A DNA stretch of 19,830 bases from Candidatus Saccharimonadota bacterium (GCF_012571345.1 NZ_CP046218.1:12581-32410); one strand, 5' to 3'; counted from the stretch's first letter, positions 8,978 through 17,143 are shown. Notes: a model not told the origin generated them from the letters alone. Made by a program: numbers and translations.

Positions 8978-9835
8978 TTAAATTTTGTTAATTAATAAAC
9001 GTAATTTTTTGATAGCATTAGTTTCTAACTGACGTATTCTTTCTGCAGATATGCCATAGTTATTTGCTAAAGATTGTAGCGTTTGTTTATGATGTTGTTT
9101 ATTTAACCATCTAGCATTAATAATATTACGACTACGTTGATCTAGTTGTTGAATTGCATAATATAATTTACGAAAAATATATTTATCCCAATTATGTTGT
9201 TCAATTAATTTTGAAAAATTAGAATGTGTATCTTTTAGAAAAATATTAGAAGTAAAATTATTTTGTTGTTTTATTAGTGGATGAGTTGTAATATCTTGTG
9301 CAGACATACGAGATTCCATTTCACATACGTCTTTTACAGAAACTCCTAAAGTTTTTGCAACTATATTAATTTCATTTTTATGGAACCATCCTAATTTTTT
9401 TTTAATTTTACGTAAGTTAAAAAACAATTTTCTCTGTGATTTTGTAGTAGCAACTTTAACTATACGCCAATTACGTAGTACATATTCATGTATTTCTGCT
9501 TTAATCCAATGTATGGCAAAAGAAACTAAACGTACACCAACATTAGGATTAAATTTTTTTACAGCTTTCATTAAACCGATATTACCTTCTTGAATAATAT
9601 CTGCTTGTTGCAAACCATAACCAGCATAATGTTTAGATATATGTATAACAAATCTTAAATGTGATAAAATTATTTTTTTTGCTGCTTCTATATCTTTTTT
9701 ATAAAAAAAATTTCTAGATAAATATTGTTCTTCTTGTACAGTTAGTATTGGATAACTATTAGCAATATATATGTATGCTTCTAACGAACCTAACGAATGA
9801 GTATAAATTTGTGGAGTAAAAATATTTGCATTCAT
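8978..9835 (-). CDS. rpoH: RNA polymerase sigma-32 (heat-shock sigma factor RpoH)
   Basis: 285-aa ORF with the RpoH box [10 protein letters not shown] and sigma-70 family regions 2 and 4. The Shine-Dalgarno GAGG (plus-strand cctc, 9842-9845) is 6 nt upstream of the ATG. The gene sits next to ftsY as in the E. coli ftsYEX-rpoH locus. Confidence 0.95.
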   Translation of the reverse strand: MNANIFTPQIYTHSLGSLEAYIYIANSYPILTVQEEQYLSRNFFYKKDIEAAKKIILSHLRFVIHISKHYAGYGLQQADIIQEGNIGLMKAVKKFNPNVGVRLVSFAIHWIKAEIHEYVLRNWRIVKVATTKSQRKLFFNLRKIKKKLGWFHKNEINIVAKTLGVSVKDVCEMESRMSAQDITTHPLIKQQNNFTSNIFLKDTHSNFSKLIEQHNWDKYIFRKLYYAIQQLDQRSRNIINARWLNKQHHKQTLQSLANNYGISAERIRQLETNAIKKLRLLINKI

Positions 9836-9897
9836 ATAAAACCTCTCAAGAAATAAATATTTCTAACATATCTTAGAATTTTATTATAGTAATGCTT

Positions 9898-10851
9898 TTA
9901 ATTATTCATAAAAATAGTATTAATAAATTTTTTAGCATTAAATAAATGTAAATCTGTAATTTGTTCTCCTGTACCTATATATCTTATAGGAATTTTATAA
10001 TCGTTAGATAAAGTTATGATTATACCTCCTTTAGCCGTACCATCCATTTTGGTTAATACAATACCTGTTATACCTATATGTTTGTGAAATTCTTTAAATT
10101 GATTTATAGAATTTTGTCCAATATGTGCATCTAATACTAACATAATTTCATGTGGCGCATTATCTTTTTTTTTTCTAATAATTTTTACATTTTTTTTTAA
10201 TTCTTGCATTAAAGCAATATTATTATGTGCACGACCTGCAGTATCAATAATTAATATATCTGCATTATTTTGCTGTGATTGTTGTATAGCATCATAAATT
10301 ATAGCAGAGCTATCAATTTTATGATGTTGTGACGTTATCATATAACTATAACTTTTTTGACTCCATAATCTCAATTGTTGACTGGCAGCTGCACGAAATG
10401 TATCTCCTGCAACTAAAAAAACAGATCTATTTTGTTTATTAAAATAATAAGCTAATTTACCTATGGTAGTGGTTTTACCTACACCATTAACGCCTATAAC
10501 GAATATTATATAAGGATTTTCATTTTTAATGATTAATGATTGTTCAACATGTATTAAAATATTTAAAATTATTTGTTTGATATATAAATATAATTTATGA
10601 TGATCATATATTTTATTTTTTTTAGAATATTGCATAACATTTTGAACTATATTTCGTGTTGTACTTAAACTAATATCTGATTGAATCAATATTGTTTCCA
10701 AATTATGAAAAAAATTTATATCAATTGTTTTGGTTTTAGTAATAAAATGTATTAGATTTTCACCAATATTTTTACTAGCATCCCATATTTTTAATGTTAA
10801 ATTTCGTAAAAAACTACTTTTTTTATTACAATCATCTTTTTTTATTATCAT
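9898..10851 (-). CDS. ftsY: Signal-recognition-particle receptor FtsY (NG domain only)
   Basis: 317-aa ORF with the SRP-GTPase motifs GVNGVGKTTT, DTAGR, and TKMDGTAKGG. It lacks the roughly 180-aa acidic N-terminal A domain of E. coli FtsY (497 aa). Confidence 0.94.
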   Translation of the reverse strand: MIIKKDDCNKKSSFLRNLTLKIWDASKNIGENLIHFITKTKTIDINFFHNLETILIQSDISLSTTRNIVQNVMQYSKKNKIYDHHKLYLYIKQIILNILIHVEQSLIIKNENPYIIFVIGVNGVGKTTTIGKLAYYFNKQNRSVFLVAGDTFRAAASQQLRLWSQKSYSYMITSQHHKIDSSAIIYDAIQQSQQNNADILIIDTAGRAHNNIALMQELKKNVKIIRKKKDNAPHEIMLVLDAHIGQNSINQFKEFHKHIGITGIVLTKMDGTAKGGIIITLSNDYKIPIRYIGTGEQITDLHLFNAKKFINTIFMNN

Positions 10852-10959
10852 ATCTATTTAATATTATACAAAAGAATAATAATATTATAATACATAATTA
10901 TAAAAATATTCTTTAAATAATTTATTAGAGTAATATTTTTTGTTAAAATATTAAATTTT

Positions 10960-11529
10960 ATGAATCATAATAAAAAGAATAAAATATATATTATTACTGG
11001 TAAATGGAAATATAAAAAAATTACTATACATAATACTAATATTAGACCAACTATGAACTTTATTCGTGAAACCTTATTTAATTGGTTAAGCAATGATATA
11101 TATATGTTAAATTGTTTAGACTGTTTTGCTGGTTCCGGGATACTAAGTTTAGAAGCATTATCACGAAATGCATATTCAGCAACTTTAATAGAAAATAATA
11201 TTTTACATTTTAAAAAATTACAACAAAATATATCATTATTTAAAAATATCAATATTAAATTAATTTATGGTCATACATTACATGTGTTATCTACTCTGTC
11301 ACAAAAATTTAATTTAATATTTATAGATCCTCCTTTTCATAAGGATAATTTTTTACTACAAACGACTTGTTTTTTGTTAGAAAAATATTGTTGTTTAAAA
11401 AATAATGCATATATTTATCTTGAGTATATGACAAAGAGTAGTCCTGTTTTATTACCATATAATTGGATACAATATCGTAAAAAAAAATTTGGTGTAGTAA
11501 CATATGCTTTGTACAAAAAACATGCATGA
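10960..11529 (+). CDS. rsmD: 16S rRNA (guanine966-N2)-methyltransferase RsmD
   Basis: 189-aa ORF with RPT..IRETLFNWL, the SAM-binding DCFAGSG, and the catalytic DPPF motif. It is divergent from ftsY exactly as E. coli rsmD (yhhF) is. Confidence 0.9.
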   Translation: MNHNKKNKIYIITGKWKYKKITIHNTNIRPTMNFIRETLFNWLSNDIYMLNCLDCFAGSGILSLEALSRNAYSATLIENNILHFKKLQQNISLFKNINIKLIYGHTLHVLSTLSQKFNLIFIDPPFHKDNFLLQTTCFLLEKYCCLKNNAYIYLEYMTKSSPVLLPYNWIQYRKKKFGVVTYALYKKHA

Positions 11530-11542
11530 CACATTTTATGTG

Positions 11543-11839
11543 TTATATTTTTTTTATTATACATACATAAGGCGACTTATTAGTTATTTTTTTTATCATA
11601 TTAAATTTCATAAATTCACAAAAAACTTGTATATCTGTAATAACTAAATGATTATTAGTTTTAATTAATAACGTCTCACCATATTTCATAATACTTGTAA
11701 TTTTTTTAATCTTTACAAGTGTATAAGGACATTTAATATTTATTAAATTTAAAGAAAACTGTTGTTTTGCCTTAAACATATTTATTTGCAATAAAATTAC
11801 GGTATAATTTATTATATAATAAATTATAAATTTTTTCAT
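11543..11839 (-). CDS. tusA: Sulfur-carrier protein TusA (SirA/YhhP family)
   Basis: The ORF aligns with E. coli TusA (81 aa): L..I.IKCPYT against LGLRCPEP with the active Cys conserved, then GETLLI, FC.FM, PY...IKK. Alignment favours the internal ATG at 11777-11779 (78 aa, Cys at position 17). The 20 upstream codons (11780-11839) are hydrophobic low-complexity sequence and may not be translated. Confidence 0.8.
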   Translation of the reverse strand: MKKFIIYYIINYTVILLQINMFKAKQQFSLNLINIKCPYTLVKIKKITSIMKYGETLLIKTNNHLVITDIQVFCEFMKFNMIKKITNKSPYVCIIKKI

Positions 11840-11924
11840 ACTTTTTATTTTTGTAAAAGATGGTATAAATTTATTAATAAATATATTTTGTAATCATAAA
11901 ACATTATTTATGTAGGATGATATT

Positions 11925-12932
11925 GTGAATTTGGATAAAAAAAAACAAGCTGCATTAGATAATGCTATTGTACAAATAGAAAATCAATTTGGAAAAGGTT
12001 CTATTATGAGATTAGGAGATAATAGAACTATGGACATATCATCTATATCAACAGGTTCTTTAACTTTAGATATAGCATTAGGCATTGGGGGTTTGCCTAT
12101 AGGAAGAATAGTAGAAATATATGGTCCAGAATCTTCTGGTAAAACTACTTTAACATTACAAATTATATCAGAAGCACAAAAACAAGGTAAAATATGTGCT
12201 TTTATTGATGCAGAACATGCATTGGATCCCATTTATGCAAAAAAATTAAATGTTAATATTAATAGATTATTATGTGCACAACCTGATACAGGAGAACAAG
12301 CATTAGAATTATGTGACGCTTTAGCAAAATCTAATTTAATTGATGTTATAGTTATAGATTCTGTAGCTGCTTTAACACCAAAAGCAGAAATAGATGGTGA
12401 AATAGGAGACTCTCATATAGGATTAGCAGCTAGAATGATGAGTCAAGCAATGAGAAAACTTGCTAGTAATATGAAACAATCTAATACTTTATTAATTTTT
12501 ATTAATCAAATACGTATGAAAATTGGTATTATATTTGGTAATCCAGAAGTAACTACAGGAGGCAATGCATTAAAATTTTATTCTTCAGTCAGATTAGATA
12601 TACGCAAAATTGGTAATGTTAAACAAGGAGATATTATTATTGGTAGTGAAACAAGAGTTAAAGTAGTTAAAAATAAAGTTGCCGTACCTTTCAAACAAGC
12701 AGAATTTCAAATTATATATGGTATGGGTATTAATGTTTATGGAGAAATATTAGATTTAGGAGTGCAACATAATATTATCGAAAAATGTGGTTCATGGTAT
12801 AGTTATAAAAAGGAAAAAATTGGACAAGGTAAAATTAATGCAATTGATTTTTTACAAAAAAATAAACAAATATCCGATGATATTGAAAAAAAGTTAAGAA
12901 AAATGTTTTTTAAACAAATTAATCATGAATAA
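11925..12932 (+). CDS. recA: Recombinase RecA
   Basis: 335-aa ORF that is highly similar to E. coli RecA across the core, including the Walker [33 protein letters not shown], and [10 protein letters not shown]. The GTG start at 11925 aligns exactly with E. coli Met1, and AGGA at 11914-11917 lies 7 nt upstream. The C-terminal acidic tail is absent (353 aa in E. coli). Confidence 0.97.
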   Translation: MNLDKKKQAALDNAIVQIENQFGKGSIMRLGDNRTMDISSISTGSLTLDIALGIGGLPIGRIVEIYGPESSGKTTLTLQIISEAQKQGKICAFIDAEHALDPIYAKKLNVNINRLLCAQPDTGEQALELCDALAKSNLIDVIVIDSVAALTPKAEIDGEIGDSHIGLAARMMSQAMRKLASNMKQSNTLLIFINQIRMKIGIIFGNPEVTTGGNALKFYSSVRLDIRKIGNVKQGDIIIGSETRVKVVKNKVAVPFKQAEFQIIYGMGINVYGEILDLGVQHNIIEKCGSWYSYKKEKIGQGKINAIDFLQKNKQISDDIEKKLRKMFFKQINHE

Positions 12933-12980
12933 GAAAAATTATAATAAAATATAATACATTTTATATAAGGTTTATATGTA

Positions 12981-15638
12981 ATGGTATGTACAACAACACA
13001 AATTTGCCAAATGTTTTTAGATTTTTTCCATATTAAAAAACATAAAATTATGCCTGGTAGTTCTATTATACCACATAATGATAATTCTTTATTATTTACT
13101 AATGCTGGCATGAATCAATTTAAAAAATATTTTTTAGGTGCTGCACAATCACCATATCCAAATATAGTAACTGTACAAAAATGTGTTCGTGCTGGTGGAA
13201 AGAATAATGATTTAAAAAATATAGGTTTTACAAATCGTCATCATACGTTTTTTGAAATGCTAGGTAATTTTAGTTTTGGAAATTATTTTAAAGAAGAAGC
13301 TATAACTTTAGCTTGGGAATTATTAACATGTAGCAAATGGTTTCATTTAAACCCAAAAAAAATTTTTATTACAGTATATTATACTGATACTGAAACATAT
13401 AATATTTGGTTAAATAAGATTGGTATCCCTAAAACACATATTATTCTCATATATGATAAAAATAACCAACAATATTATTCAGATAATTTTTGGCATATGG
13501 ATACTATAGGTCCTTGTGGACCATCTACGGAAATATTTTATGATTTAGGCGAACATTTATCTGGTAACATACAAAATAATACTGGCGAACGTTTTATTGA
13601 AATATGGAATATTGTGTTTATACAATTTAATCAAAATTTACATAAACAATTAACTATATTACCTATTAAGTCTATAGATACAGGAATGGGTTTAGAAAGA
13701 ATTAGTAGTATCTTACAAGGAGTAGATTCTATTTATAAAATAGATATTTTTGAAAAATTAATTCAACATATTGCTCATATATTACATTTAAATTTTATTA
13801 AACATCATCATTTAAATGTGATTGCAGATCACCTTAGAACATCAATATTTTTAATTGCATATGGTGTTATGCCTAGTAATGAACATAGAGGATATATTTT
13901 AAGAAAAATTATAAGAAGAGCTATTAATCATGGCATAATGCTAGGATATAAAAACATTTTTTTATATAAATTAGTACAGTTTTTTATTAATGAAATTGCA
14001 TTTAATAGAGATAAAGAATTATTACAAAAACAATATTTATTAATCAAAAATACTATTAAACAAGAAGAACAGAATTTTCATCTAATTTTAACAAAAGGTA
14101 TAAGTTATTTAAAAAAAGAAATTTTATATTTAGAAAATAATATTTTACCAGGAGAAAAAATTTTTTATTTATATGATACATTAGGTTTGTCTTTAGATGC
14201 AATTAAAGAAATTTGTTTGCAACAAAATATTATTATGGAACAAAATATTTTTTTAAAATTATTAAATAAACAACGTTCTCGATCTAAAAATAATAGCTTG
14301 TTTAAAAAAAACATAAACGTTTTTTATCATAATAGTCAAACACAGTTTCTTGGATATAACCATATTAATACAAAAAGTAAAATTTTAAATATTTATTTCC
14401 AAAATCATATTATACAAAAAATTATTAAAAATGATAAAGCTATTATAATATTAGACATTACTCCATTTTATGGTGAATCTGGCGGACAATTAGGTGATAT
14501 AGGGTTTATAAAAAAAAATAATGAAAATATTTTTCAAGTTATAACAACTACTATACAAGGTAATTTAATATTACATAACGGCATCATGATACAAGGTGAA
14601 TTAGTACAAAATGATATAGTAACTGCAGAAATTGATCTTATTTATCGTAATCAAATTAGTAGAAATCATACGGCAACACACTTATTAAATTATAGCTTGC
14701 GTAAAATATTAGGCACACACATACAGCAAAAAGGTTCTTTAATTACTTCAGAATATTTCAGATTTGATTTTTTATATAATTTATCTATTACATCAAAACA
14801 AATTATAAATATAGAAAACATGATTAATCAATATATATTTAAAAACATCCATGTTACTTCTTATAATATATCAAAACAAAATATTAATCTACAAGATAAT
14901 ATTATTTTTTTACAAAACGAACAATACAATGATATTGTTCGGGTAATACATATTCTCAATCTTTCTAAAGAATTATGTTGTGGCACACACGTTACCACAA
15001 CATGTGAAATAGGTTTGTTAAAAATTATTAAATGCCTAAGTATTGCACATGGAATTAAAAGAATACATGCTGTTACACATAAAAATGCTTTATCATATAT
15101 ACAAACAAGAGATAAAATTATAAAATCTATTACGGAAATGTTTAAAATAGATGATAAAAATGTTGTTAATTATATTATGAACTATCAAAATAAAAATAGT
15201 GTTATACACAAACGATTACAAAAAGCAGAAAATTATATTGCAAAGCAAATAATTAAAAAAATAATACAAGATAATATTATATTTAATAATATTAACCTTT
15301 TAATTAGTGAATTATATGATTATGATCCAATACAATTTAATTATATATTAAAAAATATGATAAACAAATTTGATAAATTTATTATTATATTATCTACAAT
15401 ATGGATTAAAAAAATCTTTATTTTAATAAAAATTACACCTAACTTAAATATAAATGCATTAGATATTATTAATCTTAATATAAGTAATACTACTAAATAT
15501 AATATAAATGGCACAAAATCAGCCGCACAGATTATCATTAATAATAATATAGATCAATATTACTGTTTCATATCTAAGATTAAAACATTTATTTTAAATA
15601 AAATTAATATGTTACTGCATGAAAAAAAAAATAATTAA
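12981..15638 (+). CDS. alaS: Alanine--tRNA ligase
   Basis: 885-aa ORF against 876 aa in E. coli. Conserved blocks are FLDFF, LLFTNAGMNQFK, QKCVRAGGKNNDL, HHTFFEMLGNFSFGNYFK, and DTGMGLERI. The editing-domain motifs HTATHLL and CCGTH are also present. The C-terminal domain is strongly diverged. Confidence 0.97.
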   Translation: MVCTTTQICQMFLDFFHIKKHKIMPGSSIIPHNDNSLLFTNAGMNQFKKYFLGAAQSPYPNIVTVQKCVRAGGKNNDLKNIGFTNRHHTFFEMLGNFSFGNYFKEEAITLAWELLTCSKWFHLNPKKIFITVYYTDTETYNIWLNKIGIPKTHIILIYDKNNQQYYSDNFWHMDTIGPCGPSTEIFYDLGEHLSGNIQNNTGERFIEIWNIVFIQFNQNLHKQLTILPIKSIDTGMGLERISSILQGVDSIYKIDIFEKLIQHIAHILHLNFIKHHHLNVIADHLRTSIFLIAYGVMPSNEHRGYILRKIIRRAINHGIMLGYKNIFLYKLVQFFINEIAFNRDKELLQKQYLLIKNTIKQEEQNFHLILTKGISYLKKEILYLENNILPGEKIFYLYDTLGLSLDAIKEICLQQNIIMEQNIFLKLLNKQRSRSKNNSLFKKNINVFYHNSQTQFLGYNHINTKSKILNIYFQNHIIQKIIKNDKAIIILDITPFYGESGGQLGDIGFIKKNNENIFQVITTTIQGNLILHNGIMIQGELVQNDIVTAEIDLIYRNQISRNHTATHLLNYSLRKILGTHIQQKGSLITSEYFRFDFLYNLSITSKQIINIENMINQYIFKNIHVTSYNISKQNINLQDNIIFLQNEQYNDIVRVIHILNLSKELCCGTHVTTTCEIGLLKIIKCLSIAHGIKRIHAVTHKNALSYIQTRDKIIKSITEMFKIDDKNVVNYIMNYQNKNSVIHKRLQKAENYIAKQIIKKIIQDNIIFNNINLLISELYDYDPIQFNYILKNMINKFDKFIIILSTIWIKKIFILIKITPNLNINALDIINLNISNTTKYNINGTKSAAQIIINNNIDQYYCFISKIKTFILNKINMLLHEKKNN

Positions 15639-15660
15639 TATTTTATATATTAAATTTATA

Positions 15661-15682
15661 CATTTTAATATATATTAAAATG
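15661..15682. repeat. Perfect 22-bp palindrome in the alaS-csrA spacer
   Basis: cattttaatat|atattaaaatg pairs at all 11 positions, which I checked by hand. It starts 23 nt after the alaS stop and ends about 65 nt before the csrA ATG. Only the terminal pair is G:C. Confidence 0.5.
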
Positions 15683-15729
15683 ATAAAATATTTTAATTAA
15701 ATATTAATAATATTGCATTGATATTTTTC

Positions 15730-15735
15730 AAGGAG
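15730..15735 (+). promoter_or_regulatory. Shine-Dalgarno AAGGAG of csrA, followed by an A10 tract
   Basis: The sequence reads ttcAAGGAGaaaaaaaaaagATG. The SD is separated from the ATG at 15747 by 11 nt, ten of which are A. The GGA core is the motif CsrA binds in its own leader in E. coli. Confidence 0.6.
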
Positions 15736-15746
15736 AAAAAAAAAAG

Positions 15747-15929
15747 ATGCTAATTCTTACTCGTAGAGTGGGAGAAACTCTTATGATTGGTGATAATGTT
15801 ATAGTCACCGTATTAGGTATTAAAGGAAATCAGGTGCGCATTGGTGTAAATGCTCCTAAAGACATTGCCGTACATCGTGAAGAAATTTATCAACGTATAC
15901 AAGCAGAAAAAAACCAACAAACAATTTAA
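15747..15929 (+). CDS. csrA: Carbon storage regulator CsrA (RNA-binding translational regulator)
   Basis: 60-aa [61 protein letters not shown], nearly identical to E. coli CsrA (61 aa). It lies downstream of alaS and upstream of the Ser/Arg tRNAs, as in E. coli. Confidence 0.97.
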   Translation: MLILTRRVGETLMIGDNVIVTVLGIKGNQVRIGVNAPKDIAVHREEIYQRIQAEKNQQTI

Positions 15930-16027
15930 AAATATATTGAACATTTATTTAGTATTTATATATGTATTTATTATACATTTTATTATATTTTATGCTATCA
16001 TAAAAAATGAAATTACGATATTATGTA

Positions 16028-16115
16028 GGTGAGATGGCCGAGTGGTTGAAGGCGCACCCCTGCTAAGGGTGTATATAATTATGTTATATCGAGGGTTCGA
16101 ATCTCTCTCTCACCG
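16028..16115 (+). tRNA. serV: tRNA-Ser, anticodon GCU (class II, long variable arm)
   Basis: GGTGAGATGGCCGAGTGGTTGAAGGCGCACCCCTGCTAAGGGTG...GAGGGTTCGAATCTCTCTCTCACCG. The anticodon loop is CT-GCT-AA. The variable arm is an all-A/T stem, atataa/ttatat. The acceptor pairs GGTGAGA/TCTCACC. The 3' flank is CAG, so CCA is not encoded. Confidence 0.93.
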
Positions 16116-16129
16116 CAGATAATTTTTAT

Positions 16130-16202
16130 GCACCTGTAACTCAGTGGATAGAGTATTCGGCTACGAACCGAACGGACGGAGGTTCGAATCCTCCCAGGTG
16201 TA
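16130..16202 (+). tRNA. argV: tRNA-Arg, anticodon ACG
   Basis: GCACCTGTAACTCAGTGGATAGAGTATTCGGCTACGAACCGAACGGACGGAGGTTCGAATCCTCCCAGGTGTA, close to the E. coli argV family. The anticodon loop is CT-ACG-AA. The acceptor stem has G1 opposite T72. The 3' flank is TTT, so CCA is not encoded. Confidence 0.93.
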
Positions 16203-16230
16203 TTTTTTATGTAAAAATATCATAAAAAGA

Positions 16231-17058
16231 TTAACTATTATAACGTAAAATTTCATTTATTTGAATTTTACTTAAAGTTTTTGCATTAACCTTTTTAACA
16301 ATAATTACACAATATAAATTATATTTACCATCTTGTGATGGTAAAGTTCCTGGTACCACTACTGAATATTTTGGTACTTTACCATAATAGATTAGACCGT
16401 TAGTTCTATCATATATTTTTGTACTTTGTCCGATAAATACACCCATAGAAATAACAGAACCTTTTCCAATAATAACACCTTCAACAATCTCAGATCTAGC
16501 ACCAATAAAACAATTATCCTCGATAATAGTAGGAGTATTTTGTATCGGTTCTAATACTCCCCCAATACCAACACCACCAGAAATATGTACGTTTTGACCT
16601 ATTTGAGCACATGAGCCAATAGTAGCCCAAGTATCAATCATAGTACTGTGTGCTATATATGCACCTATATTAATAAATGAAGGCATAACAACACTATTCT
16701 TACCAAGATATGCGCCATATCTTATAGTTGCAGGAGGTACTATTCTGCATCCTATCTGTTGAAAATCATTATCTGTAAATTTATTAAATTTTAAAGGTAT
16801 TTTATCATAGTAATTACTATGATCATGTTGAATTAAAAAATTTTTTTGTATTTTAAAATACAATAGTATGGCTTGTTTAATCCATGTATGTGTTATCCAT
16901 GTGTTTTGTTTTTTTTCTGCAACTCTTAATTCTCCATTATTTAACATTTTAATAATTTGATAAACATATGTAATAATTTCTTCATTATGTAAGATAGATT
17001 TATCATTTAAATTATGTGTTTTAAAATATTTTTCTATGATAATCTTGATTTTTTCCAT
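16231..17058 (-). CDS. dapD: 2,3,4,5-tetrahydropyridine-2,6-dicarboxylate N-succinyltransferase (lysine/DAP pathway)
   Basis: 275-aa ORF against 274 aa in E. coli DapD. It has the long identical hexapeptide-repeat core [55 protein letters not shown] and the [16 protein letters not shown] tail. Confidence 0.96.
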   Translation of the reverse strand: MEKIKIIIEKYFKTHNLNDKSILHNEEIITYVYQIIKMLNNGELRVAEKKQNTWITHTWIKQAILLYFKIQKNFLIQHDHSNYYDKIPLKFNKFTDNDFQQIGCRIVPPATIRYGAYLGKNSVVMPSFINIGAYIAHSTMIDTWATIGSCAQIGQNVHISGGVGIGGVLEPIQNTPTIIEDNCFIGARSEIVEGVIIGKGSVISMGVFIGQSTKIYDRTNGLIYYGKVPKYSVVVPGTLPSQDGKYNLYCVIIVKKVNAKTLSKIQINEILRYNS

Positions 17059-17118
17059 ATAATATTTCTTTTAAAATTTGTAATATTTTGTAATATAACA
17101 TAAATATATTTTTAAAAG

Positions 17119-17143
17119 ACATAGATAATATATATATCTATGT
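17119..17143 (-). terminator. Candidate intrinsic terminator hairpin downstream of ligA, possibly bidirectional
   Basis: A 9-bp perfect stem, acatagata (17119-17127) with tatctatgt (17135-17143), encloses a 7-nt loop atatata. It lies 52 nt past the ligA stop. On the minus strand it is followed by CTTTTAAAAA, and on the plus strand by TTTATTTT. Only 2 of the 9 pairs are G:C, so the stem is weak. Confidence 0.35.

Noticed and set aside
10965-11527. Two minus-strand ORFs (10965-11252, 95 aa; 11321-11527, 68 aa) inside rsmD
   Set aside because: Both are antisense to rsmD, whose DPPF and SAM-binding motifs clearly identify the plus frame as the real gene. Neither has any motif of its own.
11780-11839. 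20-codon N-terminal extension of the tusA ORF (MKKFIIYYIINYTVILLQIN) as a possible signal or membrane anchor
   Set aside because: Alignment with the 81-aa E. coli TusA puts the start at the internal Met (11777-11779). The extension is probably just an open upstream frame. Neither candidate start has a clear SD, so the question is unresolved, but there is no reason to propose a novel membrane-anchored TusA.
11984-12232. 82-aa minus-strand ORF inside recA
   Set aside because: It lies antisense to the most conserved part of recA, the Walker A region. A long open antisense frame is expected there because of the codon-usage constraints on recA.
12923-13111. 62-aa minus-strand ORF across the recA-alaS junction
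   Set aside because: It lies antisense to the conserved alaS N-terminus and the recA stop. It has no SD and no motif.
15341-15538. 65-aa minus-strand ORF inside the alaS 3' region
   Set aside because: It lies antisense to alaS in a low-complexity Ile/Asn/Lys region, and its hydrophobic low-complexity peptide reflects base composition. It would deserve a second look only if the alaS C-terminal domain proved non-functional.
15962-15978. Hairpin atgtat-ttatt-atacat followed by TTTT, downstream of csrA, as an intrinsic terminator
   Set aside because: The stem is only 6 bp with a single G:C pair. Structures like this occur by chance throughout AT-rich spacers and are too weak to call.
15850-16032. 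60-aa plus-strand ORF overlapping the csrA 3' half in another frame and running into tRNA-Ser
   Set aside because: It overlaps the near-perfectly conserved csrA frame and extends into a tRNA gene. I see no independent support for it.
17077-17096. Perfect tandem duplication tttgtaatat x2, located 19-38 nt upstream of the dapD start
   Set aside because: By rough hand estimate, about one 10-bp x2 tandem repeat is expected by chance in a window of this size and composition. It contains no convincing -35/-10 pair.
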